A DNA stretch of 64,000 nucleotides from assembly GCA_951406725.2 (NCBI GenBank), contig OX597814.1, forward strand, positions 181,722,001-181,786,000, given 5' to 3'. Both the position numbers and the translations under genes were made by a program. The notes beneath the pieces are model-generated. The model ran no database searches and was not told the origin of the DNA. It saw only the letters and a program-made list of their open reading frames with translations. Positions 1-13,525 of the stretch are shown here, piece by piece; position 1 is the first letter of the stretch, and each line of letters opens with the position of its first letter. The stretch comes from Octopus vulgaris. Lineage: Eukaryota.

Positions 1-164
1 CCTTAGGTTTCCTGTCTATAAAGAGCTTAGCTTTATGGCGTATCCTCAGATCCCAAAAACCTCTTTAAAATATGGAGGAGGAAAAGCATCACTACTCAAA
101 TGTAACAATTGGGGATTATCTCCTTTAGCTATTACCATCGACTTCCAGCTGTGCTGCTATCCTG

Positions 165-500
165 TGGGCTCCAAAAAGCCAGCAGGAACCTCCTGAAATG
201 TAAGCATGGCCTGAAAATCTCCGTTCTGGAGTTAAGGATGTTCTCTGGTTCAAGTGAGTCCTTTAGAATTCTCGTGTGTTCAGCTATGCATAAATTGCAA
301 TGCTTCATCCTGCTGGTGTAGGGGCCTAAGTTCTAGAGGATTTTCCATCAGATCAAGTATAGAATCCCATTGTCTCTTAATTGCCAGATGTGGCTGGCCA
401 GTGATGTTACGTATATCCTTTCTGGAACTCTGAAGGAAGACCTGTGGTTGGAAAGACATTGCTTGAAAGAGTTTCCCGAACATCCAATGTATTTGTATGG
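165..500 (-). pseudogene. PLE GIY-YIG endonuclease fragment (disrupted)
   Basis: Minus-strand translation YKYIGCSGNSFKQCLSNHRSSFRVPERIYVTSLASHIWQLRDNGILYLI*WKIL...CNLCIAE...ILNSRTEIFRPCLH matches the PLE pattern YIG..FK.R..H..SF..T.LA.HIW.L..W.I..C.LC..E..N.R.E...C.H. Confidence 0.8.
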
Positions 501-1210
501 GCATTGTGTTGTCAGTGCTGTATTTGTATCTGCTGGTGTTGTTGTTGTTGAAGCTGGAACTGCTGGTGTGGGCATCACAAGAGGTGGTAGTGGCATTGGT
601 AATGCTGGTTATGGTGAAAATGCTATTGTCATTATTGTGGTCCTCATCATTGGTGGGAGAGTTGCCATTTCTTCTAGAGGTGTCATTAGCTGTGGTTCCG
701 CCAGTGTTTCTGCTAGGGCCACTGTTGCTGTTACTGCTGTTGTTGTTGTTGTTGTTGTTGTTGTTAAGCAACAAGATGAATAAGGGTGATTAGGTGATGG
801 TCTAGGGCTTAGGAGCGAGAGACCCCAGACCTTGGAAAAAAAAAAACTTTTGGTTGTCTTTTTGTAGTCGAGGGCTCTTCGTTGACGGCTGACACCACTG
901 GGAGGTGGCCCTCGAAGTCGCTTGAAATGGAGATCTCTAGGTCCAAGTTCTTGAATGGCTGCTGCTGCTGCTGTTTCTATTGCTGCCATTATTGCTGTTA
1001 TTGCTGGAGGTGGCATTGTGTCTGGGAACATCCTTAACTCCAGAACAGAGATTTTCAGGCCATGTTTACATTTCAGGAGGTTCCCGCTGACTTTTTGAAG
1101 TCCACAGCTTGAAGTCGATAGCCAATAGCAAAGGGAGATAATCTCTAATTGTTACCTTTGAGTAATGATGACTTTCCGCTTCAATATTCTTAAGAGGTCT
1201 TGAGCCAACG

Positions 1211-1283
1211 GGTTTTTAGGATCTGACGATATGCCATAAAGCATATCTTTATGGACAGGAAACCTAAGGTAATCCCATAAACT
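1211..1283 (+). ncRNA. Type I hammerhead ribozyme motif
   Basis: CTGACGA at 1223-1229; stem II CCATAAAG/CTTTATGG; GAAA at 1259-1262; stem III ACC-taa-GGT; GUA site at 1269-1271; stem I GGAT/ATCC. A mirror copy (CTGAGGA) lies on the minus strand at 1-60. Confidence 0.75.
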
Positions 1284-1556
1284 AGCCTTCTCCATTTTTA
1301 ATATATATATATATATAAAGCATATATATATATAGATACATAATAATTATTTGAGGGAATATTATTCCTAACTTACAGGGAAAAATTCAATTTAGAAATA
1401 CTAAATCAAATTTCACAATATATATATATATATTATACACATATGCACATTCACCTACACATACATATATATTCTTGTTAATGAAATAGTACTCAATACA
1501 TAAAGTCTTATAAAATTTGTGTCAACTTGACATTAAAACAATAATGTTGATGTTGA

Positions 1557-1591
<35 letters not shown>

Positions 1592-2277
1592 GATGTGTAT
1601 CTGTCCCCTTATCATCATCGTTATCATTATCATCATTATCATCAATATCATTTTACAGTGACTTTCCATGTTGGCACTGGCTGAACAGCTTTCACAGTCT
1701 CTGTTAATTCTTATGTTCTTATTCAGAGTTACTCTTCTCCTAGAACTCCATTTCACTTCGCTTTTAGTAAATGTCCTTTCTAACTCCAACCACTTTGGAG
1801 AGTGCACTGGATGCATTTTATCAGAGTACCAGTAGCAGAAAATTTGTCAGGTCCTTGATAAGATTAAAGAGTTCTCTTCACTTGCCCACTAACTACTTTA
1901 TGGAGTGTACTGAGTGTATTTTATCATGACACCACATTAGTGAAGTTGTCTTGTAACATGTAAAGCCAAAAAACTCCTTGCTACACTATGGTGTGTACAT
2001 GTAGACAAGGTAACATGTTCAAGAAGATGAGTAGGAGAGTGATGACAGAATGACAGTACTGGTTGGTGAAGGTATGGAAGAGGAGAGTGATGGATAGTAA
2101 TAGAGACAAAATTAGACAATGGTAAGAGCCAAAGTAGCTGAGGACTGACGGAGTGATGACTAGCTGTAGAGAAAGGGTGAGGGTATAGATTACTTGGCAC
2201 TTCCTACATTAATTCACTAGTAAATAGTAAAAAAAAATGAGATAAATGTGAATTATGGATGTATAATAAATGGATGG

Positions 2278-2580
2278 CAGAGGTGTAATGGCTCAGTGGT
2301 TAGGGCAGCGGACTCGCGGTCGGAGGATCGCGGTTTCGATTCCCAGACCGTTGTGTGTGTTTATTGAACGAAAACACCTAAAAGTTCCACAAGGCTCCGG
2401 CAGGGGGTGGTGGTAACCCCTGTTGTACTCTTTCACCCCAACTTTCTCTCACTTTTTCTTCCTGTTTTTTTGGGTAACGCTGTAATGGACTGGTGTCCCG
2501 TCCAGCTAGGGGGAATACATACACCACAGAAACCGGGAAACCCATGAGCTTGGCTAGGCTTGAAAAGGGCACATATAAAA
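2278..2580 (+). mobile_element. tRNA-derived SINE
   Basis: A-box TGGCTCAGTGG and B-box-like GGTTTCGATTCCC; flanked by the 15-bp direct repeat ATAATAAATGGATGG (2263-2277, 2581-2595). Confidence 0.85.
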
Positions 2581-3249
2581 ATAATAAATGGATGGAGAAA
2601 TAGATAATAGGGATATAGGCAATAGGGACAGAACCAATAAGAATTTGGTGATAATGAGAAAAGATGAGTTCTAGAAGGATCATAAAATCAAATGCAAGAA
2701 AACATTTTAAAGCACAAAAGAATCAGAATATCAAAAGTTTGAAAGATCACAAACTCAGAATACTGAATGCTATTATATAAAAATATCATAAAGTCTGAAT
2801 TCTGAAATATTACAAGGAAAGTAATAAAACTTTTACTACAGTTTTAAAAGGGAGTTTATTTGAAAAACTTATAGTATATTTACTCTAAAATATTTGAAAT
2901 GTATTACAGGAATACAATATCAAAGATATAAATGAAAAAATAAATAGTATATTTATGGAATACCTTCATTCATTAAGTTCTTTCATATTTGAATGGTTTC
3001 TTTCTTTCCTTTCGATAGAAACATATTAAACAATCAAACATCCAAATTTTGATGGACCACAGCAAAAAAGTGAAGGCAAAGGGAGATAAGCAAGAGCATA
3101 AGACTAATTTCTCTCTTGTATGTCACATTTGATTCCTCTTATACCCAGATATTTCTCTCAGCTCATTTGTACTCAGTAGTCTATGCACATTGTTATTACA
3201 TGTTACACATCCAGTAAAGCATACTTGCTTCACTTCTTTCTAGTTATTG

Positions 3250-3541
3250 CAGGCCTTATACATTCAGAACCCATGCCTCAGTACTATGCAGTGCCATTGC
3301 TCATATACAAATACCATACAATTTACTTTTCATCCCATGAGAGAAATCCTTTGATATCGAGAAAGGTAAAAGTTGCTTGAACTTTCTCCAATCCATTCTT
3401 ACTCCAGCTATTATACTTTCAGAATTTCCACCTCTTCTACTAATTAGGTCACCCAGATAACAAAAGTGATTATACTTCAGGGAGCAAGGTATCCTTCTGA
3501 GCATTTGACTGGCACTGTTTCCCATGTTCTCTTACTGTTTT
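3250..3541 (-). pseudogene. LINE (RTE-like) reverse-transcriptase C-terminal fragment
   Basis: FCYLGDLISRRGGNSESIIAGVRMDWRKFKQLLPF..K.KLY resembles the post-RT F.YLG..I...GG...I..R....W..F..L region of LINE ORF2. Confidence 0.65.
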
Positions 3542-3813
3542 ATTGCCCCTATAAATCTGTCACATAAAAATTCTACTCTATATTTATTTTTCCATGTAGC
3601 ATGGGTTGACCAAAAACAGTAAGAGAACATGGGAAACAGTGCCAGTCAAATGCTCAGAAGGATACCTTGCTCCCTGAAGTATAATCACTTTTGTTATCTG
3701 GGTGACCTAATTAGTAGAAGAGGTGGAAATTCTGAAAGTATAATAGCTGAAGTAAGAATGGATTGGAGAAAGTTCAAGCAACTTTTACCCTTTTTGATAT
3801 CAAATGATTTCTC
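3341..3813. repeat. Local inverted duplication (~200-bp arms 3341-3541 / 3613-3813, ~70-bp spacer)
   Basis: Near-identical reverse-complement arms; the ORF track gives the same peptide on both strands. Confidence 0.95.
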
Positions 3814-4206
3814 TGAGGCATTTATTTTACAGCCAGATGCCCTTCCTGTCACTAACCTTTACATATTTTCAAGTAAAAGGGAAGGAAGAAAAAGGTATTT
3901 TACATTTCAAGCAAAGCTCTTCTTCAGAAACAGGAGACAGAGGAAAGTCCAAGAGAAAAGGAAGGCAGAGGGAAAAAAATCACCAACAATACACATGTAA
4001 TTACATTTTGGAATGACTGAAATGGAATGGATGAAGAAAAATTATTTTCTAAGACAGGAGAGCGTAAGAGAAGGAGATATCTGTGTGTATGTGTGTGTAA
4101 TATTTATATATATATTACATACACACACACACGCATATATATATATTGTCCAACCCGTACTAGCGCAGAGAACGGACGTTAAACGATGATAGATGATGAT
4201 GATGAT

Positions 4207-4287
<81 letters not shown>

Positions 4288-5631
4288 GTGTGTGTGTGTA
4301 TGTATGTATGCATGTGTGTATCTACATATGTATGCATGCATTGTGCATGTATGTACATATGTTCATATATATATGCATATATATGTACATATGTCGTGTT
4401 AGAGTGTATTTTTCCATGAGTGGACATTTTTTGTGTAGTACCATTGCTTATTACCACTTTAACGATATATATATATATATATATATCATTCAGCTATGGT
4501 AGTAGTTGAATATATTCCTAAGTCAACCATTTCATCAATCGCAGCAGCTTCCAAGCTTCACCACTAATTCAGTTCTCAATTAAATTGTAAACTGTTAACA
4601 GTTTTAAAGAGGACACCTCCTCCGTTACACTTTGGAATAAATAGTTTGAGATTTGGTTCAGTAGAAAAAAAGTTACATCAAAATATCTGCAACCTCAAGG
4701 GGATAGTAAGGCAGATATTCATCTTCAAATAACATAAATTTTTTAATTTTAAATTAAAAGTATACTTTTCTTAGGCTTAAATTATAGAAAAATGCATGAG
4801 GAATTCAGAATTGTTAGTTGCATTGGACAGATATTAGTAGAAAAACAGTTTTGAAGTAAAATATTGTGAAATTTTATGTCAGTAAGTAAGGGAGTAATGC
4901 TTAAGCAATAAGAATAAAGAATATATTTCTAAAATGAATACTTACATTCTAATCTGCGCAAGGGCTATGTCAGTATACAAACACTTCACTTTATTGAGTA
5001 CATTTTAAAATTTTTATTCATAAAAAATTCTTTTATAATCATCATGGTTTTATGTTTGTCTTTTAATTCTGGCTATCACGGATAGCATCAATCAGTTCCA
5101 GCACAGTGACTTGTCACTTGTAATCTTCCATCATCTTTATTGTGAGGTCCAGCATTCTGAGATCAGATATCACCACTTCTTTCCATGTCTGATTTGATTC
5201 AATGGTCTACTATAGCAGGACCATAGGGAGTACAAAATTCTTAGGAGTACAAAATTTTTAGCAGTACAAATTTCAACAAAAAAAAAAAAATTAGTAATGA
5301 GAGATAAAAAAGAAATAGTACACCTTTCCTGCAATATTTGCTTTGCCTAAGATGTTAGTAACTGGCACCATGCCATTGCTTCAGTCTTCTTTTGCAAGTT
5401 TTCTGCACATGAATTGCTTGACACATCTTCACCTAACTATCATTACACATATACATTGCGTCCACTTATAATCTCTCTTGTACACTATAGCTGATTCCTC
5501 TAATGCTCATTTTTTTACCTCCCAGTTCATTTGTGCCTCATTGCTCACACATACTTACATTACACGACTAGCAGAACGAACCTACTTAATTTCTTTTCAA
5601 TCTTTGCACATCATCTGCATTCATACCCATG

Positions 5632-5633
5632 TT

Positions 5634-5664
<31 letters not shown>

Positions 5665-5975
5665 AATTATTGTATAGTGCTCAGGTGCACCACAACTTGT
5701 CAAAAGTGCATATAAAGCATATGCAGTAATGTACAAATGTCTGGAAAGCGAACAGTGTATGAGTCAGATACATGCTTGCGTATGTATGGAGGGGAGAAAA
5801 TCAGGTGTAGTGTTGGCAAATCTCAGGAAGCATGGAAGTTTTGAAGGATGCAGTGCTCGGACAACTAACAACTGATGCCGGCAGTTTGTTCCATGCTTCA
5901 GCAACTCTTAGCATGAAAAAATGTTTCTGAAAGTCATGGGAGCTGTGCTGTTTTCTGACTTTGTAAACATGTTTC
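5632..5975 (-). mobile_element. CR1/L2-like LINE 3' end with (TTA)n tail
   Basis: KHFFMLRVAEAWNKLPASVVSCPSTASFK is typical of CR1-group ORF2 C-termini. A 3' UTR and trinucleotide tail follow; a second tail fragment is at ~7375-7441 (+). Confidence 0.75.
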
Positions 5976-6312
5976 ATTAACATACAATATCACACTTCAT
6001 ATGCAAGTTTCTACGAGCAGTACAGTAAATGCATGACTGAAAGTAAGTTGAAGCTAGAACCCTTTCACAGTCTGAAGACAGTTGATATTATTTTACTATT
6101 GGATAGGGATCCATATCTACTTGGCTGCAAAAGAGCAATGACATTTAGACATCATCCACACTATCTTTGTTATATTCATTATTATCATTGTCATCGTCGT
6201 CATCACCATCATTACCACCACCACCACCACCACCACCACCACCAGCACTACCACCACCACCATCACCACCACCAACAACATCGCAATCATTATCACTATT
6301 ATCATCATTACT

Positions 6313-7372
6313 TATTTCTTTACTACCCACAAGGGGCTAAACACAGAGGGGACAAACAAGGACAGACAAACGGATTAAGTCGATTATATCGACCCCAGTG
6401 TGTAACTGGTACTTATTTAATCGACCCCGAAAGGATGAAAGGCAAAGTCGACCTCGGCAGAATTTCAACTCAGAACGTAGCGGCAGACGAAATACCTGTT
6501 TCTTTACTACCCACAAGGGGTTAAACACAGAGGGGACAAACAAGGACAGACAAACGGATTAAGTCGATTACATCGACCCCAGTGCGTCACTGGTACTTAT
6601 TTAATTGACCCTGAAAGGATGAAAGGCAAAGTCGACCTCGGCGGAATTTGAACTCAGAACGTAATGGCAGACGAAATACCTGTTTCTTTACTACCCACAA
6701 GGGGCTAAACACAGAGGAGACAAACAAGGACAGACAAACGTATTAAGTTGATTATATTGACCCCAGTGCATAACTGGTACTTATTTAATCGACCCCGAAA
6801 GGATGAAAGGCAAAGTCAACCTCAGCGGAATTTGAACTCAGAACGTAACAGCAGACAAAATGCGGCTATTTCTTTACTACACACAAGGGGCTAAACACAG
6901 AGGAGACAAACAAGGACAGACAAACGGATTAAGTCGATTATATTGACCCCAGTGCGTAACAGGTACTTATTTAATCGAAAGGATGAAAGGCAAAGTCAAC
7001 CTCGGCGGAATTTGAACTCAGAACGTAACGGCAGACGAAATCCATTTCATCAGCATAATCACTTGGTAAACACCCACAAAGTTATCAACCACCTCACCAA
7101 CAACAACACTGAACACCTTTTTGATCTCCATATGTCTAACACAGGTGGATTTAATCGCCCGAAAGGAAGAAAGGCAAAGTCGACCTGGCAGAATTTGAAC
7201 TCAGAACGTAACAGCAGACGAAATACCTGTTTCTTTACTACCCACAAGGGGCTAAACATGGAAGACAAACAAGGACAGACAAACAGATTAAGTTGTTATA
7301 TGACCCCAGTGCATAACTGGTACTTATTTAATCGACCCCGAAAGGATGAAAGGCAAAGTCGACCTTGGCAGA
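6313..7372 (-). repeat. Head-to-tail array of ~185-bp 5'-truncated SINE units (4 contiguous, then a further partial pair)
   Basis: Units start at ~6313, 6498, 6683 and 6868, with more at 7149-7372. Each matches the 3' part of the full SINE at 44221-44457. Confidence 0.9.
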
Positions 7373-7850
7373 ATTATGAACTTTAGATGAGTTGTAGTGC
7401 ACCTGAGCACTGTACACAATTATTATTATTATTATTATTATTTCCATAATTGTTGTTATTCCCATTACCATTGCCACCTCATCACGTTTCTGCCAGCTCA
7501 CCATCTTCTTCATTGTCCATACCATCATTTTCATCATCACCACTATCACCACCACCACCACCACCACCACCACCACCACCACCATCATCACATTCATCAG
7601 CATAATCATCATTGCATTAGTTTCCATCATTATTTCCATAATTGTTGTTATTCACATTACCGTTGCCACCTCATCACTAATCATCACCACACATTTTTTT
7701 TTCCTCCATCAACCATCACAAATCAACTCACACAGCTCCACCTTTACCATTGCTGCTACTATCTCTAATAATCTCTTCCGTGACCATCATCCCATTAACG
7801 ATAGCTACCATCACATTGCCACCAGCAACTCTTCAATGAAGTACTGATGT

Positions 7851-8299
7851 TACAACAACAACAACAAAAACAACTATAACTACTACTACTACTGCTGCTG
7901 TTGCTACTATTGCCACTACTGCTACTACTGCTACTGTTGCTACTGCTGCTACAACTACTACTACAGCTGCTGCTACTACTAATACTACTACAGTTGCTGC
8001 TGCTATTACTACTACTACAGCTACTGCTGCTGCTACTACTACTACTACAGCTGCTGCTGCTACTACTACTAGTACTACTACAGCTGCTGCTACTACTACT
8101 ACTACTACAGCTGCTGCTGCTACTACTACTAGTACTACTACAGCTGCTGCTACTACTACTGCTACTACAGCTACTGCTGCTACTAGTACTACTACAGCTG
8201 CTGCTACTACTACTAGTACTACAGCTACTACAACTACTACTACAGCTGCTACTACTACCACTACTACTACAGCTACTACTACTACTACTACAACTACAG

Positions 8300-8330
<31 letters not shown>

Positions 8331-8407
8331 ATCTGCTACTACTACTACTACATCTGCTGCTACTACTACTACTACTACTACTACAACTACAGCTGCTGCT
8401 GCTGCTG

Positions 8408-8449
<42 letters not shown>

Positions 8450-8465
8450 TTACTACTACTACTAC
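7851..8465. repeat. Compound (ACT)/(GCT)/(ACA) trinucleotide microsatellite
   Basis: Seen directly; it explains the poly-V and poly-L ORFs. Confidence 0.95.
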
Positions 8466-9639
8466 CTTAACAACATTTGAAAAGAGCCTCACTGCTATCA
8501 CTTCACAGCCACAATCTATACCACCATGTATAACACTGAGATTTGTATCATTTCCACCACCGCCATCACCACCACAGCAACTGCTATTGTTTTAAATATC
8601 ATTTGCTTCACAGCCACAATCTCATCATCAAGCATCTTCACACCCACGTACACACACAATAGGATTTTTTCATGTACCAAATTCAATCACAAGGCTTCAG
8701 TCAGCTTGGAGGCTATAACAGAAGACACTTGTCCAAGGTACCATGCAGTGGGACTGAAACCTAAACCATGTAGTTGGGAAGCAAGCTTTCTAACCTATAC
8801 AGTCATGCCTGCAACTATCTATATATTCAGTTCCTAGATCACTACCATCACTAGATTAAATACCATTTCTTCCTCCTTCTGCCCCACTGCAACCAGAGCT
8901 GAATCAAATACCATTTCCTTCTCCAATACAACCATCATTATTACTACCACAAGGCTCAGTATTGCCGCTAATTGTGCAAAACATAATTTCCTCCACCGTG
9001 ATCATCACTATTGCCATACTTAAGTCCATCACTGTATTCAGTAGCACCACTAATTTATTAAATATCATTTTCATTCCCCAGCATTATTATCATGGTAACC
9101 ATAAGTATTAAATACCAACATAAGAGCCTCTACATGGTTGCTTAACTCACTAGAAAGAACAACAAAATCTCCTTTAGTGTGGTTGTGATTTAGTTAATGG
9201 GTAATTGATAATCAATAACATTTGTGGACTGCATGTTCAGTTGAGAATTAATAAATAAAACATAATTTGTCATAACAAAATGCTGATATATAATACCACA
9301 ATGATTCATAATTAGCAAGGACAGATTAAGTTAAGAATATAAGAACAGCTTACATGAGATTTACCAACAGCTGTGAGATGTCTTCAGCTGTTACTTATAT
9401 TTGAAGATAGAATAGAGGAGCCATTACATAGAGAAAAATATTACCTCCTGTAGACTCTGATAGCTCGCTTTTTAGTTAGATTTTCCCCTTTTTATATACC
9501 ACTAGAAAAAAAAGTTCAAGAACATTCTATAAACCCTTTGGTGGGAAGATTTCAACTCACCATTTGATCTAATTAGTTGAACAACAATTTTTTTTGTGAG
9601 GTGGGATCCATGGTCTGAAACTGGGAAATATGAATCAAG

Positions 9640-9860
9640 CGAGGTCGTTGCCAGTACTGCCTGACTGGCCTCGTGCCAGTGGCACATAAAAGCACCCACT
9701 ACACTCTCGGAGTGGTTGGTATTAGGAAGGGCATCCAGCTGTAGAAACTCTACCAGATCAAGATTGAAGCCTGGTGCAGCCATCTGGTTCGCCAGCCCTC
9801 AGTCATTCATCCAACCCATGCTAGCATGGAAAGCAGACATTAAATGATGATGATGATGGT
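9640..9860 (+). mobile_element. RTE-type LINE/SINE 3' end with (GAT)n tail
   Basis: The terminal motif CCAACCCATGCTAGCATGGAAAGCAGACATTAAATGATGATG also occurs at ~4150-4190, and in antisense at ~3591-3610. Confidence 0.65.
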
Positions 9861-9883
9861 GGTGGTGGTGGTGGTGGTGGTGG

Positions 9884-9921
<38 letters not shown>

Positions 9922-10739
9922 GTTCCCAATACACTGTCATCTCACTTTACCCCATCAAAATGCCCCAGTCAGTCATAAAAAAAATTAAGTTGGATAATGT
10001 GGTACAGGGTTCCATTGACAGTATGGTTGGACCTTTAATCATAGATTTACTAGATTAGAGCTAAATTGGTGCTGAACATCAACAATATTTTATCCACTAC
10101 TAACACAGTTAAACACCATTTCCTTCATCACAGACATTACTGTCGTCATTCACATAATTTTCTTCATTTATCCATGAGGGACAAAAATGTCAAAATAAGC
10201 AATCAATCACCCATTTTATTAATGCTAAACATATTTACATACTAAATTAACTAATTCCATTGTTGTAAGGAGTGTCACCTAATTTTCTAATAACATTACT
10301 ACAAATTATCACACTATATTTTTTGTCAACTCTACAATGAAATGCCTCCACCATGTGGCATAGAAAGCACTTCTACATGGTTATTTGGCCTGCTAGAAAT
10401 AGAAGCCACACCCTTCTGTCTTAAAATAACAAAGTACACATTTGATAATCTTGTCCAAGATCCGTTTTGATAAAAAAAAAAAAAGGATAGGTTATTCAAG
10501 CTGCGATATGTTTGATTATAGACTGATTCAGTTATGGTTGACTTAGGAACAAGCTAAAAGTAGAATACATCAGATAATGTGTTTATACATAAATTCAAGG
10601 ACCTGCTCATATCTAAAAAGTCAAACTTGGTAGAGTTGTTCAATCAGGCTTGGCCAGAGGTTAAACCATCACCATGTAAAAATAAACAACAACATCATCA
10701 TCATCATGGGAGCCAATCAGCAGCCCTGACAATGATCAC

Positions 10740-11140
10740 ACTTGGATGGTGCTTTTAATGTTCCACTGGCATGAGTGTCAATCAGGTGGTGGTGTCATCG
10801 GCCACATCAGCAATTTTGATTTTGATTTCACTTGCCTCAACAGGTCTTCGCAAGCAAAGTTTATTGTCCAATGAATGAGAGGTATTCATAAGTGAGCTGG
10901 TTACACCCACTGGCATAGGCCATGGGCTATGGTCTCACTTGGCTTGTCGGGTCTTCTCAAGCACAACATATCTCCAAAGGTCTCAGTCACTAGTCATTGC
11001 TTCCGTAAGGCCCAATGTTCGAAGGTCGTGCTTCACCACATCATCCCAGGTCTTCCTGGGTCTACTTCTTCCACAGGTTCCTTCAACTGCTAGGATGTGA
11101 CAATTTTTCACACAGCTGTCCTCATTCATTTGCAACACAT
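10740..11140 (-). mobile_element. RTE-clade LINE 3' fragment
   Basis: HVLQMNEDSCVKNCHILAVEGTCGRSRPRKTWDDVVKHDL matches the RTE ORF2 C-terminal HV.RM...G.R.RGRP..TW motif. Confidence 0.8.
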
Positions 11141-11352
11141 GACATACATACATACACATGCATACATACATATACATACATACATTCATACATACATACA
11201 TATGTATACATGCACACGTATATAAACAAAAAGTAGATGGGAGAGGTAAAGTATATTTTATATTTCCGTGGAGATTACAGCTGTTTCATAATGTACTTCA
11301 AGTTACATCATTAAGTTAGGTACATATATATGGATTATATATATTATACATC

Positions 11353-11418
<66 letters not shown>

Positions 11419-11423
11419 GCATA

Positions 11424-11456
<33 letters not shown>

Positions 11457-12489
11457 AACTCACTCGCTCATACAGACACTGTACAATACATTCGTATATA
11501 ATACAGAAGAGAGGTTATTAATCTTTAGACCATATTCCTGATATATGGGATAGATCTTTGAACCTATTTTGATTATATATATATAAAGAGAGGTAGTGAA
11601 GTAGATAAACACAGGATGCTTCTCGTGTAGATTTACATGGAGCACAAGATACAGATCACGAAATAAAGAAAAACAGAAACCGAAACATAATAATTATTAT
11701 ATAAAGTCTTTAATATAAATATCATAATCACGTTGATAAATATGCTGTAGTTAACTAAATGCAGTATTTTGGGAGTGGGAGCAAAGCAATTAGCAAAAGA
11801 GCTTAATAGAAAATCCAAAAGATTTTGAGTGATTAATATACGCCATGATATACAGCAATGCTAATAAGAAGAAACACTTGAAAGTAAAATGGGGTCACAT
11901 ATTGAAAATGTATGACAATTTGAAAAGAAGCTTCGAAGTAACTGTCATTTTCTAAAAAAAGCAAATATTTAACCCATTATTACATTTCTGTATTGAATTA
12001 ATGCTTTTTTAAATTTCTATATATATATTTAAAAACACACACACAGAAACGGAGAGAGGGGTTAGATAGACAGATAGATAGATAGATAGATAGATACATA
12101 CATACATACATACATACATACATACATACATACACACATACATACATACATACATACATACATACATACATACATACATACATACATACATACATACATA
12201 GAGAGAGAGAGAGAGAGGGAGAGAGAGATATACACGCGTGAGAAATTTAATTTAAACCAATAAGTGGGGGAAGGCATACTAAATATACGGTACAAAAAAT
12301 GTATAACTGACTTTGACGAACAAGAAGTGAGTCCTCCGTTTTATTCGAGATCGCCAATGTACTCAAATACCACACTCTGTGTGTATGTGTGTGTGTGTGT
12401 TGTGTCCGTGTGTGTATGTGTTGTATATGTGTGTGTGTGTGTGTGTGCGTGTTTATATATACACGTGAATGTGCTAATGGAAGTAAACG

Positions 12490-13090
12490 GGCAAGACATC
12501 CTTTTGTATCCCCCAACCTCACCCCTTAAATTTTTAAAAATTTTCTACACAAACCCCCATTTTCGGCTACGGAGAATACGAATCTGCAAAATAAAAAACT
12601 GGCAAAAATCGGCATTTTCAAATTATCCCCCCCCCCCAATTTCTTCGTTTTGTAACTTTTTTCAGATAATTATTTCAAAATATGCGCGAAAAAATACGAT
12701 ACAGAGATTATTATATTATGAAAAAAATTTCCAAAATTTTTTGTAAAATTTCAATAAAAAAAAAAAAATACACCTCCCCCTCCCCTCGAAGTGTACGGCT
12801 ATTTTATTCAGAATTTTTTTTTTTTTTTCAAAATATGCGGAAAAATATGGACGGAAGTTATGATTCTGAAAAAAATTTCCAAAAATTTTTGTAGTTAGAG
12901 TTAGAGTTGGGGTTTTAGGGTTAGGGTTAAGGTTTTATGGTTAGCGAAAAAAGCCAAAAATGAAGAAATTGGGGAGAGAACGGGGGTGAAATTTCAAAAT
13001 GCCGAATTTTGGCAATTTTCGAGAATCTCCGTATCTGAAAATGGCAAAAAAAAAAAAAAAAATGGAGAGGAAATGGGAGGAAGTCTTCCC
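12490..13090. mobile_element. Possible degenerate MITE containing TTAGGG-like repeats
   Basis: Weak terminal inverted match GGGCAAGACATCCT / AGGAAGTCTTCCC, an internal duplication, and TTAGGGTTAGGG at ~12916. Confidence 0.3.
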
Positions 13091-13493
13091 GAAAACGTAC
13101 TACGTACAGTTTATTCGTCTGTAGACGATGATTCACTCCGTTGACGAGGCAATGATGAAAAACTCAGTTTCAGCGGAGTGGCTCAAGACCTTCGAATGAG
13201 TACATTCATACATTCACACACACACACATATTTCATTTGAGTATGTACATAAATTTATTTTTATACATATGTGTGTGTGTGTATATATATATATATACAT
13301 ATATGCATATATGTGTATATGTATTTATATGCATGTGCATATGCGCATATACACATTTTATACCTACTCAAACATAGTTGACAGACAGATAGATAGACAG
13401 ATGGATCAATTTGCGCGTATGTTTGCGCATGTGTGCATATGTGTATGTGTGTGTAAAATGTATAGATATCTATATGTATGTGTGTGAGTATAT

Positions 13494-13525
<32 letters not shown>

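Larger units (their letters stand above)
1..1283 (-). mobile_element. Penelope-like retroelement remnant with inverted partial pseudo-LTR (1-245 inverted at ~1026-1269); runs off the window edge
   Basis: 1-245 is a diverged reverse complement of 1026-1269. Both arms carry an HHR core, and a GIY-YIG fragment lies at ~165-500. Confidence 0.8.

Noticed and set aside
7833-8501. Long poly-V/poly-L ORFs, and similar His/Thr/Tyr/Val/Cys-repeat ORFs at 6033, 46452, 51924-52511 and 62613-63003
   Set aside because: Translations of microsatellites that are open in several frames; no coding signal.
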